Source: Gemmatimonadota bacterium (GTDB taxonomy: Bacteria; Gemmatimonadota; Gemmatimonadetes; Longimicrobiales; Gaopeijiaceae). From it: DNA of 64,000 nt. A program made the translations under genes and the position numbers. Under the pieces are notes generated by a model. The model made no database searches. It had not been told where the DNA came from and worked only from the letters and a program-made list of their open reading frames with translations. The stretch lies in contig JAXHMG010000003.1 in the NCBI GenBank assembly GCA_034521595.1, positions 1,600,001 through 1,664,000 of the forward strand, read 5' to 3'. Below are positions 1 through 9,627 of the stretch, piece by piece (within the stretch, counting starts at the first letter, position 1; every line of letters begins with the position of its first letter).

Positions 1-344
1 AGGCGCTGCACCCCGGCGGCCCGCAGCGCGTCGGCGTGCTCGGCGAGGAGCACTGCATTGGTCGACAACGAGAGGTCCTCGATCTCGGGCACGGCCGAGA
101 TCATACCGGCGAGCTCGGGCAGATCCCGTCGCACCAGCGGCTCCCCACCGGTGATGCGCACGCGCTTCAAGCCCATTCCGGCCATGACGCGCACGATGCG
201 CTCGATCTCCTCGTAGGTGAGCAGCGCCTCGCGCTTCAACCACGGAAGCCCCTCCATCGGCATGCAGTAGACGCACCGAAGGTTGCACTTGTCGGTCACC
301 GAGATTCGGAGGTACTCGATGCGTCGTCCGAACTGATCGATCAT
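1..344 (-). CDS. moaA: GTP 3',8-cyclase MoaA (5' part; runs off window start)
   Basis: Manual translation from ATG at 344: MIDQFGRRIEYLRISVTDKCNLRCVYCMP, with the radical-SAM CxxxCxxC and MoaA 'YLRISVTD' motifs; follows moaD/moaE. Confidence 0.93.
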   Translation of the reverse strand, partial: MIDQFGRRIEYLRISVTDKCNLRCVYCMPMEGLPWLKREALLTYEEIERIVRVMAGMGLKRVRITGGEPLVRRDLPELAGMISAVPEIEDLSLSTNAVLLAEHADALRAAGVQR

Positions 345-803
345 GAGAGTCCCTCGCTCGCGGCGGCCGGTCCGGTCCCCGGGGGAACGGTGCCCTCCAC
401 CCAGGCGGCATCACCGCCGGTGTAGTGCTCTTTCTTCCAGATCGGGAGGCGCTTCTTGATCTCTTCGATGACGTAGCGGGACGCGTCGTACGCCTCGGCC
501 CGGTGCGGGCTCGAGACCGCGACGGCGACACTGACCTCGCCGACGTCGAGATCTCCCGTCCGGTGGACGACCGACAGCCGGTCGGTCTCCAGTCGAGCCG
601 CGGCCTCCTCCGGCGATCTCTCGCAGAATCGAGTTCGCCATGGTTTCGTACGCGTCGTAGTACATCCCTTCCACCGAGTGGCCATCGGCGTGGTCGCGCA
701 CGACGCCGAGGAATAGGAGCACCGCCCCGTCCTCGTCGGAGCCCACCTCCGCGAGGACGGACTCCGGCACGATCGGCTCGGATTGGATCGACACGCGGAT
801 CAC
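341..803 (-). pseudogene. moaE: Molybdopterin synthase catalytic subunit MoaE, split by a 1-base frameshift near 611 (possibly a sequencing error)
   Basis: N-half (GAVLLFLGVVRDH...YDAYETMA) in ORF 411-803, C-half (HRTGDLDVGEVSV...SSPHRAEAY...IKKRLPIWKKE) in ORF 341-685; removing one G from GCC-G-GAG-GAG joins them. Confidence 0.85.
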
Positions 804-806
804 GGC

Positions 807-1058
807 TCAGCCTCCCGCGACCGGCGGAATGAAGGCCACTTCGTCCCCCGTGGCGAGTGCTTCGCTCGCGGCCGCATAGGCCTGGTTCACGGCGACGGCG
901 GGCTCGGGCGGAAGCGCATCGAACGGCGCCCCTCTTGCCCGAAGGTCCCTTACCAGATCCGCGACGGTCGCCCCCCCGTCCAACTCGACCGTGAGCTCCG
1001 GGGTGCCGAGCAAATCCCGGTAGGCGGCGAAGAAGAGGGCTCGAACGGAGACGGACAT
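807..1058 (-). CDS. moaD: Molybdopterin synthase sulfur carrier MoaD
   Basis: MSVSVRALFFAAYRD...GDEVAFIPPVAGG with C-terminal GG. Confidence 0.92.
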   Translation of the reverse strand: MSVSVRALFFAAYRDLLGTPELTVELDGGATVADLVRDLRARGAPFDALPPEPAVAVNQAYAAASEALATGDEVAFIPPVAGG

Positions 1059-1183
1059 GGATCGCCGAATGATCAGGGGGCAGGAACCGGTTTCACAGTG
1101 CAGGACCCCCACGCGCGGGTCAACGTTCCATTGGCCTCACTGGTCCTGACATCCGTCCGCCTCCCGGAGCCGTAGATCGGCGG

Positions 1184-1750
1184 CTAGCCGGCGCCGGGCC
1201 GTCCGCCGTCCCGTGGAGACCTTCGCCCGTCCTCGTCACGATTCGGCCCCCGCCCCCAGGCCTCGTCTCCGTGCCCGCCCTGACGCAACTCTCGGATCCG
1301 GCGTCCCAGCTCGATTCGGATCCGATAGAACTCGAGGACCTGGGTGGCCGTGAGCATCTCCCGGAGTCGTGCCTGCTCCTCCCGAAACAGCTCCGCTTCT
1401 TCGGCTTGCAGGGCCACGATGCGGTCGAGGACGGCGGCCGCTTCGGAGTCGTTCCCCTCGCCTTCCTCCAAGAGCGCCTTGGCCCGCTCCCGGGCTTCTC
1501 GTTGCCGGGACATGATAACGCGTCGCCGTCGCTCGAATTCCCGGGCCACCTCCGAAAGGCGCTCTTCTTCCGCCTCGCTCAGGCCGAGTCGATGGCGAAT
1601 GATCTCGCCCACGTGGGCACGGATCCGCTCCTCGAGCCGCGCACGGTCTTCTTCGGACCTCGAGTCCCGGGGACGCTGGGCGTCGAGCGGAGCGGTCGAG
1701 AGCGCGACGGCGGCGAGGGCGACGACGGTCCAGATGCGGTGCAGCCGCAT
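1184..1750 (-). CDS. Periplasmic Spy/CpxP-like helical protein
   Basis: Signal peptide, 'LGLSEAE' and 'LTATQ' (LTxxQ-like) motifs; third gene of an ECF sigma/anti-sigma operon. Confidence 0.65.
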   Translation of the reverse strand: MRLHRIWTVVALAAVALSTAPLDAQRPRDSRSEEDRARLEERIRAHVGEIIRHRLGLSEAEEERLSEVAREFERRRRVIMSRQREARERAKALLEEGEGNDSEAAAVLDRIVALQAEEAELFREEQARLREMLTATQVLEFYRIRIELGRRIRELRQGGHGDEAWGRGPNRDEDGRRSPRDGGRPGAG

Positions 1751-1753
1751 GGC

Positions 1754-2221
1754 TCAGGCTCCTCCCGGGTTGTCCGAGAGGTCCTCGAGCAGGCGCCCCA
1801 AGGCTTCGTCCGACAGGTCGTCGAACACGGGGCCACCCGCGACGAGACCGTCCGCGGAGGCCCACGGCCAGTTCTCTTCGGCCTCGATGGCGAACGCCGG
1901 GGCGACGACTTCCCCCGCCGGCTCGGACGAGACGGCGATGCCGAGCATGAGGGCCGCCACCGCCGCTGCGGTGAGCGCCCACCACGGACGCTGAACCGCC
2001 TGCCGCTCGTAGCGCACGACCTGCTCGAGCCTGGTTGCGAGCGCGGTGCTGGGCTCGGGGCGGGTGCGCCGGAGCTCACGGATCAGCACGAGCTCGGCGG
2101 CGCACGACTCGCACTCCGCCGTGTGGCGCTCGACGAACCGACGGGTTTCGTGGGCCGCCCCGTCCGTGCCCACGACATCGGGAAGCATGTCTCTCACCGC
2201 ACCACAGTCGCTCCGATTCAT
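1754..2221 (-). CDS. Zinc-finger (zf-HC2/ZAS) transmembrane anti-sigma factor
   Basis: C...HTAECESC (HxxxCxxC), one TM helix; overlaps the sigma factor stop. Confidence 0.8.
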   Translation of the reverse strand: MNRSDCGAVRDMLPDVVGTDGAAHETRRFVERHTAECESCAAELVLIRELRRTRPEPSTALATRLEQVVRYERQAVQRPWWALTAAAVAALMLGIAVSSEPAGEVVAPAFAIEAEENWPWASADGLVAGGPVFDDLSDEALGRLLEDLSDNPGGA

Positions 2222-2775
2222 TCCATCAACTCCCTGAGACGGCGTATGCCGTGGAAGTAGTTCACCCGGGCCGCACCCTCGGACGAGTCCGTGACCTCCC
2301 CGATCTCACGGAAGCTCAGCCCCTCTTCCGTCCGCAGGCTAACCGAGAGTCTCTGCTTCTCCGGAAGGAGACGGAGCAGCGCTCTCGCACGCTCGGCTTC
2401 GCCCGCCATTACCGCCGTCGCCGCCGGATCGGGTCCCGTGCCCGCCACGTCCGGAGCATCCTCCAATCGGGCTTCACCACGGCGCCCGATCCGGCGCAAC
2501 GTTCCCTTCGCCTCGTTGGCCGTGATCCTGAGGAGCCACGTTCGGAACGAGGCGTCGCCACGGAACCGGTCGAGGGCACGAAACGCCTTCACGAAGGCTT
2601 CCTGGACCACATCTTCGGCCGCGTCCCGATCCCCCATGTACGAAACCGCCAACCGGTAGGCTCCGGCCTGATGGCGTCGCACGAGAGAACCGAGCGCTCC
2701 GTCGTCACCCTTTCGTGCACGCTTCACCAACTCCGCGTCGGGGACCTCACCATCGCCTCGTCCTTCCTCACTCAC
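2218..2775 (-). CDS. ECF RNA polymerase sigma factor
   Basis: AEDVVQEAFVKAF, FRTWLLRI, EGLSFREIGE region 2/4 motifs. Confidence 0.93.
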   Translation of the reverse strand: MSEEGRGDGEVPDAELVKRARKGDDGALGSLVRRHQAGAYRLAVSYMGDRDAAEDVVQEAFVKAFRALDRFRGDASFRTWLLRITANEAKGTLRRIGRRGEARLEDAPDVAGTGPDPAATAVMAGEAERARALLRLLPEKQRLSVSLRTEEGLSFREIGEVTDSSEGAARVNYFHGIRRLRELME

Positions 2776-2784
2776 CGATATTCA

Positions 2785-2809
2785 GACGCCCGAGAAGGTG
2801 GATCCGTTA
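2785..2809 (-). promoter_or_regulatory. Putative autoregulatory ECF promoter (TAAC-N17-CGTC)
   Basis: Minus strand reads CTAAC-GGATCCACCTTCTCGGG-CGTCTGA, about 10 nt upstream of the ECF sigma start; fits the AAC/CGTC ECF consensus. Confidence 0.6.
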
Positions 2810-2866
2810 GGCGCGAGGGTGCGGTAGTAAAGCGGGTCGCCCGTATCAGCGGTCTAACACGAGGTC

Positions 2867-3166
2867 TTAGAGCTTGTGCTTGTCGAGCTTCTCCACCCGA
2901 GCACGGAGGTGCTTGGAGGGCTTGAACACCGGCACCGACCGCGAGGGGACCTCGACGGATTCTCCGGTCCGGGGATTACGGGCCATGCGGGTCTTGCGCT
3001 TACGCACCTTGAAGGTCCCGAAGCCACGAATCTCGATGTGCTCGCCATCGGCGAGCGCGAGCTTCACCGCGTTGAGGAAGCCATCGACGACGAGCGCGCA
3101 GTCCTTCTTGGTGATCCCGGGACCGATCGCTTCGGCCACCTGTTCGACCAGGTCCGCCTTGGTCAT
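2867..3166 (-). CDS. HU/IHF family DNA-binding protein
   Basis: MTKADLVE...IEIRGFGTF...ARNPRTGE...FKPSK. Confidence 0.95.
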   Translation of the reverse strand: MTKADLVEQVAEAIGPGITKKDCALVVDGFLNAVKLALADGEHIEIRGFGTFKVRKRKTRMARNPRTGESVEVPSRSVPVFKPSKHLRARVEKLDKHKL

Positions 3167-3293
3167 GCTCCCTCCAGAGCGCTTTCTGAATCACTGCGAA
3201 CGGCCGCCCGAAGTTCGGACGGCCGTGGCAGGGTAACGGGGGGGCTGGACCTTGGCAAGACTGCGGGAGTCGTTGCGCCGTAGGAACTTGCGC

Positions 3294-4424
3294 TCATGCC
3301 AAAGTCTTCCCCGAACCCGTGGCTCGACCCTCCATCGACGAAATGAAGCGATCGAAGAGGTATCGGCTGTCGTGGGGGCCGGGCGCGGCTTCCGGATGGT
3401 ACTGAACCGCGAACACCGGAAGCTCGGTATGCTCCACGCCCTCGACGGTCCCGTCGTACAGGTTCACGTGGGTCAACCGCAAGCCCTCGGCGCCGGGGAT
3501 TCGGCCTTCGTCGTCGGCCCGGACCGCGAAGCCGTGGTTCTGCGAGGTGATCTCGACGGTGCCCCGAGCGAGATTCTTGACCGGATGATTCCCTCCATGG
3601 TGCCCGAACGGAAGCTTATACGTCTCCGCGCCGAACACCCGACTGATGAGCTGGTGGCCCAAGCAGATACCGAAGACGGGAACGCCCGCTTCCGAGAGGG
3701 CCAGGATCGCCTGGTCGGCGACACCCACGGCCGCCGGATCGCCCGGGCCGTTCGAGATGAACAGGCCATCGGGCTCGGCCGCGCGCACGTCGTCCAACGG
3801 CGTCTCCGCCGGGATCACCGTGACACGACAACCACGTTCCGCGAGGAGCTTCGGAGAGTGGGCCTTCACACCGAAATCGTAGGCCACCACGTGGAATCGC
3901 TCGGGGCCCACGGCCGGTACCTCGTACGGAGCCCCCGTGGACACACCGCACGCCAACTCGAGCCCTTCCATCACGGGATGCGCGCGGACTCGATCCAGCA
4001 GCTCGGCTTCGTCCACGGCGGCACCGGCAATGGCACCCCGCATCGCGCCGTGCGAGCGGATATGACGAGTCAGCGCTCGCGTGTCGATATCCGCGATCCC
4101 GGTCACGCCGTGTTCTTCCAGGTACGCACCGATCGCGCCCTCCGAGCGCCACGAGGAGTCCACGCGTGACGCGTCGCGGACGATGAAACCGGCCACGCTG
4201 GGCGTCTCCGATTCCCGATCCTCCGCATTCACCCCGTAGTTCCCGATCATGGGGTAGGTCATCGTCACGAGCTGTCCGGTATAGGACGGGTCCGTGAGGA
4301 TTTCCTGATATCCGGTCATGCACGTGTTGAAGACGACTTCTCCGACGGCGGTCTTCGTCGCGCCCACGGCCACCCCGTCGAAGCGACGTCCATCTTCCAA
4401 CAGCAAGTAGGCGGGCGATTCCAC
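3294..4424 (-). CDS. carA: Carbamoyl-phosphate synthase small subunit
   Basis: GEVVFNT.MTGYQE, SNGPGDP, GICLGHQ, QYHPEA; GTG start at 4424 preceded by GGAG. Confidence 0.96.
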   Translation of the reverse strand: MESPAYLLLEDGRRFDGVAVGATKTAVGEVVFNTCMTGYQEILTDPSYTGQLVTMTYPMIGNYGVNAEDRESETPSVAGFIVRDASRVDSSWRSEGAIGAYLEEHGVTGIADIDTRALTRHIRSHGAMRGAIAGAAVDEAELLDRVRAHPVMEGLELACGVSTGAPYEVPAVGPERFHVVAYDFGVKAHSPKLLAERGCRVTVIPAETPLDDVRAAEPDGLFISNGPGDPAAVGVADQAILALSEAGVPVFGICLGHQLISRVFGAETYKLPFGHHGGNHPVKNLARGTVEITSQNHGFAVRADDEGRIPGAEGLRLTHVNLYDGTVEGVEHTELPVFAVQYHPEAAPGPHDSRYLFDRFISSMEGRATGSGKTLA

Positions 4425-4616
4425 TGGAGACTCCGGTATGGGCGGGAAACGTCGGGTCGCGGGAAACCTACCCACGCCCCGACCGCGGTCAAGCGGCGCG
4501 ATCGCGCGGCGTGGCCCGGGAGCGAGGCGCACGGGGCCGTGGCATGTGGAAAGCGCCTGACTACATTTCCGCCCGACCGCCACCGACCTCTTGCACTTTT
4601 TCGCTGCGACGACGCA

Positions 4617-5192
4617 TTGGATACTCTGTACGTACACGCCGACGAGTCATGCCTCGGAAACCAGTTCCGAGAGCGCGCGAATCCGGGCGGCGCGGGAGGA
4701 CTGGTGGAGATCTGGCGGGACGGCGCCTGGGAGCGGCGGGACTATTGGCTCTCCGAGCCCGACACGACGAACAACCGTATGGCGATCCGGAGCGCCATCG
4801 AGCTGCTCGGGGCACTCCGCCGTCCCTGCACCGTGGAGTTCGTCTCGGACAGCCAGTATCTGGTGAAAGGGATCCGGGAGTGGCTTCCGGGCTGGAAACG
4901 CCGCGGGTGGAAGCGCAAGAAAGGCCCGATCGAGAACCTCGCGCTGTGGCAGGAGCTCGACGGGCTCCTTCAACGTCACCGAGTCCGGGCCAAGTGGGTG
5001 CGCGGTCACGCGGGTCATCCCGAGAACGAATACGCGAATTTTCTCGCGACCACGGCGGCCGAGGAGCTCAGCGCCAGCGGGGGACTCGTGCCTTCGGGGT
5101 TTCAGGAGTGGCTCGACGAGGAGCGAGAACGGGGACGGTACCTGGACTACATGGAGTTCACGCCCCCCGCCGAACGCTACGGCGAATCCTGA
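4617..5192 (+). CDS. rnhA: Ribonuclease HI
   Basis: DESCLGN, TTNNRM, SDSQY, WVRGHAGHPENE; start uncertain (TTG 4617 chosen). Confidence 0.9.
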   Translation: MDTLYVHADESCLGNQFRERANPGGAGGLVEIWRDGAWERRDYWLSEPDTTNNRMAIRSAIELLGALRRPCTVEFVSDSQYLVKGIREWLPGWKRRGWKRKKGPIENLALWQELDGLLQRHRVRAKWVRGHAGHPENEYANFLATTAAEELSASGGLVPSGFQEWLDEERERGRYLDYMEFTPPAERYGES

Positions 5193-5884
5193 CCTTCGGG
5201 GCGTTCGGCCAGTCGCAGCTCGTCGGTGCGGATGTCGTGGCCGAAATGGCGCGCGAACACGGACACGAGGTGCTCGGCCGCTTCCTCCACCGTCACGTCA
5301 CGGCCTAGCTCACGCGCGAGCGAGGTGACGTCGCGGTCGGCGATGCCGCAGGGCACGATCGTGCCGAAGTACGACAGGTCCGTCGCGACGTTGAGTGCGA
5401 GTCCGTGCGAGGTGATCCAGCCGGAAGAAACCCGTACCCCGATCGCCGCGATCTTGCCCCCCGCCGTCCAAACGCCCGTCTGCCCTTCACTCCGCTCGGC
5501 CGCGACCCCGAACCGCTCGACGACCTCCATCACGACCGCCTCCAAGTCGCGGAGGTAGGCGTGCAAGTCCTTGCGATCGGGCTTGAGGTCGAGGATCGGA
5601 TAGGCCACGAGCTGACCGGGACCGTGGTAGGTGACGTCGCCGCCCCGTCCCGTCTCGAACAGCTCGATACCCCGCCGCTCCCGCTCTTCGGGATCCAGCA
5701 ACACGTGCCCCGCGTTCGCGCCCGAGCCCAGGGTGATGACGTGCGGGTGCTCGACGAGCAGAAGCGTGTCCGGAATGCGGCCGGCGCGACGGGCCTGCAC
5801 CGCTTCGGCTTGGACCTCCAGAGCTTCTGCGTACCCGAGCGTGCCCAGCCTCCGCACCACGAGCTCACGCACGTCATGCGTCAC
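5177..5884 (-). CDS. lipB: Lipoyl(octanoyl) transferase
   Basis: EHPHVITLG, RGGDVTYHGPGQLVAYPI, KIAAIG, HGLALN, IVPCGI. Confidence 0.95.
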   Translation of the reverse strand: MTHDVRELVVRRLGTLGYAEALEVQAEAVQARRAGRIPDTLLLVEHPHVITLGSGANAGHVLLDPEERERRGIELFETGRGGDVTYHGPGQLVAYPILDLKPDRKDLHAYLRDLEAVVMEVVERFGVAAERSEGQTGVWTAGGKIAAIGVRVSSGWITSHGLALNVATDLSYFGTIVPCGIADRDVTSLARELGRDVTVEEAAEHLVSVFARHFGHDIRTDELRLAERPEGQDSP

Positions 5885-5929
5885 GGTAGTCCCGTCCCCA
5901 TTCCCGGAAGCGCACGAGCCACGACGGCG

Positions 5930-5959
5930 AAACCCCCGAAGCCGCGGGGACTTCGGGGG
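5930..5959 (-). terminator. Possible intrinsic terminator or stabilising hairpin after the E2 gene
   Basis: CCCCCGAAG...CTTCGGGGG stem followed by a short T run on the minus strand. Confidence 0.45.
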
Positions 5960-5993
5960 CTCGACCGTGGGCCCTTCAGTTCTTTCCTACCGG

Positions 5994-7358
5994 TCACGCG
6001 TCCTCGGGGAAATCCTCGAGCGTTTCCTTCAGGCGCGACAGGAAACGCGCCGCGTCGGCGCCGTCCACGATCCGGTGGTCATAGCCGAGCGTGAAGATCG
6101 CCCGCTTCCGGATGGCCATGGCGTCGGTCCCGGTTTCTTCGTCCTCGACCACGACGACCCGCTTCTCGATGGCCCCCGTCCCGAGAATCGCCGACGTTCC
6201 CTTGGGAATCACGGGCAGGCCCGCCATGGTGCCGAGCACTCCCGGATTCGTGATCGAGAACGTGGCACCTTGAACCTCTTCCGGCTTGAGCTGCTTGTCC
6301 CGTGCACGCTCCGCGAGATCGACCACCTTGTTGCCGATCCCCACGAGGCTGAGGTGGTCGGCGTCTCGCACGACCGGCACGATCAGCCCCGGATTGAGAT
6401 CGACCGCCATGCCCAGGTTCACATTGCCCCGGTACAGGAGGTTATTGCCCGACACGACTCCGTTCACCATCGGGAACTCGCGGAGCACCCGAGCGACGGC
6501 CCAGGCCACGAACGCGGTGTAGCTGACGCGCGCACCCTGCTGCTTCCACTTGGGCTTGTTGGCTGCTCGTACCTTGTCGATCGCCGAAAAGTCGATCTCG
6601 ATGAACGAGTGCACGTGAGGTGCGACCCGCTTCGCGATCACCATGTGCTCCGCCGTGAGCCGGCGCATCTTGTCCATCGGCTCGACGGTATCGGCCTCGC
6701 GCACCGGATACTCGGGGTGCTGCACTTCCTTGTAGAAGCGCGACCAGATGTCGGAGGGCGCCGCGGTCGGCTCGGCGGGCGCCGCCGCGGCCGGCTTGGC
6801 GGGAGCGGCCGGCTTGGCGGGAGCTGCCTTCTCGTCGGGCGACTCGATGAAGTCGAGGATGTCCTGCTTGGTCACCCGGCCCGCATGGCCACTCCCCTGC
6901 ACCGACGCGATGTCGACACCGTGCTCTTCGGCGATCTTGCGCACGACCGGCGTGGACCGGGTTCGCAGGCGCTCCTCGGCGCTTTGCGCGGGGGCCGTCG
7001 ACGCCACCGGCTCCGGCTCCGAGGCAGGCGCTTCGGCCTGCGCCGGCTCGGGCTCGGGCGGCGCCTCTTTCGCCGGTTCCGCCTCCGCTGCGCCACCGGA
7101 ATCGGCTGCAGCGCCGCCTTCCGTATCGATGTAGGCCACGATCGTGCCCACTTCGACGGTCTCGCCCTCTTCGACCGCGACGTCCACGATGGTACCCGAC
7201 TGGGGTGACGGAATCTCCGCGTCCACCTTGTCGGTCGAGATCTCCAGAATCGGCTCGTCGCGCTCCACGGTGTCACCCACCTGCTTGAGCCACTTCGAGA
7301 CCGTGCCTTCCGCGATGGACTCACCCATCTGCGGCATCGGAACTTCGATTCGAGCCAC
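5994..7358 (-). CDS. 2-oxoacid dehydrogenase E2 (dihydrolipoamide acyltransferase)
   Basis: Lipoyl domain (STDKVDAE), E3-binding domain (GSGHAGRVTKQD), catalytic DHRIVDG. Confidence 0.93.
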   Translation of the reverse strand: MARIEVPMPQMGESIAEGTVSKWLKQVGDTVERDEPILEISTDKVDAEIPSPQSGTIVDVAVEEGETVEVGTIVAYIDTEGGAAADSGGAAEAEPAKEAPPEPEPAQAEAPASEPEPVASTAPAQSAEERLRTRSTPVVRKIAEEHGVDIASVQGSGHAGRVTKQDILDFIESPDEKAAPAKPAAPAKPAAAAPAEPTAAPSDIWSRFYKEVQHPEYPVREADTVEPMDKMRRLTAEHMVIAKRVAPHVHSFIEIDFSAIDKVRAANKPKWKQQGARVSYTAFVAWAVARVLREFPMVNGVVSGNNLLYRGNVNLGMAVDLNPGLIVPVVRDADHLSLVGIGNKVVDLAERARDKQLKPEEVQGATFSITNPGVLGTMAGLPVIPKGTSAILGTGAIEKRVVVVEDEETGTDAMAIRKRAIFTLGYDHRIVDGADAARFLSRLKETLEDFPEDA

Positions 7359-7504
7359 GCTCGATTACTCCGGTTTACCGTTGGTCAGGTCCAGCGACGC
7401 GTCGGTTACCCGGCACGCCGCGCTTCGATCCTACCTCGTGCTTCTACGCTCGAACGTGCGCCACGTCCCTCGCACGCCCGGTCCTTCGCCCATCGACAGC
7501 ATGC

Positions 7505-8533
7505 TCAATACGCCACCAGATAGCGACCGGCTTCGACGATGTCCTCGGTCTGTGGAAGAAAGTAATCCTCCAACGAGCCGGAGTAAGGTACCGGCGCATC
7601 AATCGCCGTCACGCGCATCATCGGGGCATCGAGCCACTCGAACGCCGTCTCGCTCACGCGCATGGCGATCTCGCCCGCAATGCCTCCCGTGCGCGTGTCT
7701 TCGTGCACGATGAGCAGCCGTCCCGTCTTCTTGACGCTCTCTACGACCGCTTCGTCGTCCATTGGCAACAACGTCCGCAGATCGATGATCTCCACGGACG
7801 CACCGTCGTCCCGCTCCAAGATCTCGGCCGCTTCAGTGCTCTTGTGTACCATGGCTCCGTACGTGACCAGGGTCAGGTCCGTGCCTTCCCGTACGGTCCG
7901 GGCCACCCCGAGCGGCACCACGTAGTCCTCGTCCGGCAGCACCTCTCGCAGGGCCGGAGCACGGTAGAGGCCTTTGTGCTCCTCGAACAATACCGGATTG
8001 TCGTCTCGAATGGCGGCTTTGAGCAACCCCTTCGCATCGTAGGACGTGCTCGGGTAGACGATCTTCAGGCCCGGTGTGTGAAAAAAGGCCATCTCCACGT
8101 TCTGGGAGTGAAACGGCCCGCCCCGATTCCCACCGCCGACGGGCCCTCGGATCACCAGCGGTAACGGCCCCGCGCCCCTGTACCGTGACGTTGCAATATA
8201 ATTCGTGATGACGTCGTAGGCCGGCGAGATGAAGTCCATGAACTGGATCTCCACGACCGGACGAAGTCCCATGTGGGCTGCGCCCGCCGCCGCTCCCGTG
8301 AAGCCTCCTTCGGCGATCGGAGTGTCGATGACCCGTGACGCGCCGAAGTGATCGAGGAAGCCCCGGGTCACCTTGAACGCGCCCCCGTACACACCGATGT
8401 CTTCGCCCAGGAGGAAGACGTCGTCGTCGGCGGACATCTCCTCGAAGAGGGCCTCGCTGATGGCTTCCAGTAGCGTGACCGGCTCCTGGTTGCGGGTCTT
8501 CAAGAGGTGCTCGGGTACACCTTGGTCGGTCAT
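7505..8533 (-). CDS. 2-oxoacid dehydrogenase E1 beta subunit
   Basis: GEDIGVYGGAF, DTPIAE, EIQFMDF, GPFHSQ, IDLRTL. Confidence 0.93.
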   Translation of the reverse strand: MTDQGVPEHLLKTRNQEPVTLLEAISEALFEEMSADDDVFLLGEDIGVYGGAFKVTRGFLDHFGASRVIDTPIAEGGFTGAAAGAAHMGLRPVVEIQFMDFISPAYDVITNYIATSRYRGAGPLPLVIRGPVGGGNRGGPFHSQNVEMAFFHTPGLKIVYPSTSYDAKGLLKAAIRDDNPVLFEEHKGLYRAPALREVLPDEDYVVPLGVARTVREGTDLTLVTYGAMVHKSTEAAEILERDDGASVEIIDLRTLLPMDDEAVVESVKKTGRLLIVHEDTRTGGIAGEIAMRVSETAFEWLDAPMMRVTAIDAPVPYSGSLEDYFLPQTEDIVEAGRYLVAY

Positions 8534-8544
8534 AACCACCCTTT

Positions 8545-9624
8545 TTAAACGGCCTGCGTGGAACCGGGATCGGCCCAGATCCGGCGGTCGGTCCGCTCGG
8601 ATTCCGCATAAACCCCCGGAAGCGTATCGTGGGCTCCGGAGAGCGACGCGTTCCTCACGCGCTCCAGGGCAGCGGCGCACCGGCTCGCCGCTCGCGCTTC
8701 CAGCGTCGCGAGCTCGTCCTCGGACGCAACCTCGTCGGCGACCATCCGAGTGCGGAGCCGCTCCAGCGGGTCGACGCCCGTGTAGCGGATCTCGACCAGC
8801 TGAACGCCGTCGCCCCGGCGGGCCCGTTCCGCGGCGTGCCGCACCGCCACGACGATCTCGGAGAGATCCGCACCGTCCACGGACGCCGAGCCGAGACCGT
8901 AGCCCCGGGCCTTCTCGGTGAAGCTCTCGAGCCGGCTGTGGCGGCGGGCCGCCGCCTCGTCCTCGCGGCCGGCCTCCACCACCAGGACCATCGGGCAGCG
9001 CCTGGCCGCGGCGAACACGAGCCCTTCATGCCAAGCGCCCGTGGACGTCGCGCCGTCACTGTCGCAGACCACCCCGACGCGCGCCTCACCCCGCATCCGG
9101 AACCCCAAGCACATGCCGCCGACGACCTCGACCAGCAGCCCCAAGGGGACGACCGGCGCCAGTAAGCCCGCCTGCAGGTCGACGTGATGGAGCTCGGTGC
9201 CCACCTCTCGGAACGGTCCCGCCCGGCCCGCCAGGTGCTCCTCGAAAAAACCGTCGAGCGAAAGCCCGTAGCGTTCGAGCGCCCCGGCCGCGCGGAACGT
9301 CGGCGCGAAGATATCGCCCGTGCCATCCGAGGCGGGTCGCAGCGCGTGTGCGACCCCGACCGCCCCCCCTTCACGAAACGCCGGGCGGTTCGGCGCGCCC
9401 CTCACGAGGCCAGCGTCTTCGAGCGCCACCAGCCGAGACGCCGCGGCGCGAGAGACGGCCACGGCGGAGAACAGGTCGCGGAGCTCGGCGTTACCGAGGA
9501 TCGAATCCGCCGTGTCGTCGGCATGGACCGGCTCACGCGAGTCCCGACCCGTGCCGGCGAAAGGAATCGCGGACCTGGGAAGACCCGAGGACGATTCAGG
9601 CGCGTCCCCTGCGTCGGGTGTCAA
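8545..9624 (-). CDS. Degenerate 2-oxoacid dehydrogenase E1 alpha-like protein
   Basis: SDGATSTGAWHEGLVFAA...PMVLVVE resembles the ThDP motif; VDGAD...AERARRGDG; lies directly before E1 beta; start uncertain. Confidence 0.7.
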   Translation of the reverse strand: MTPDAGDAPESSSGLPRSAIPFAGTGRDSREPVHADDTADSILGNAELRDLFSAVAVSRAAASRLVALEDAGLVRGAPNRPAFREGGAVGVAHALRPASDGTGDIFAPTFRAAGALERYGLSLDGFFEEHLAGRAGPFREVGTELHHVDLQAGLLAPVVPLGLLVEVVGGMCLGFRMRGEARVGVVCDSDGATSTGAWHEGLVFAAARRCPMVLVVEAGREDEAAARRHSRLESFTEKARGYGLGSASVDGADLSEIVVAVRHAAERARRGDGVQLVEIRYTGVDPLERLRTRMVADEVASEDELATLEARAASRCAAALERVRNASLSGAHDTLPGVYAESERTDRRIWADPGSTQAV

Positions 9625-9627
9625 ACG

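Noticed and set aside
1059-1183. Possible Moco riboswitch upstream of moaD
   Set aside because: I could not recognise the conserved stems or motifs by eye; an Infernal search would be needed
6780-6830. PAKPAA repeats in the E2 gene
   Set aside because: Ordinary Ala/Pro linker of E2 subunits
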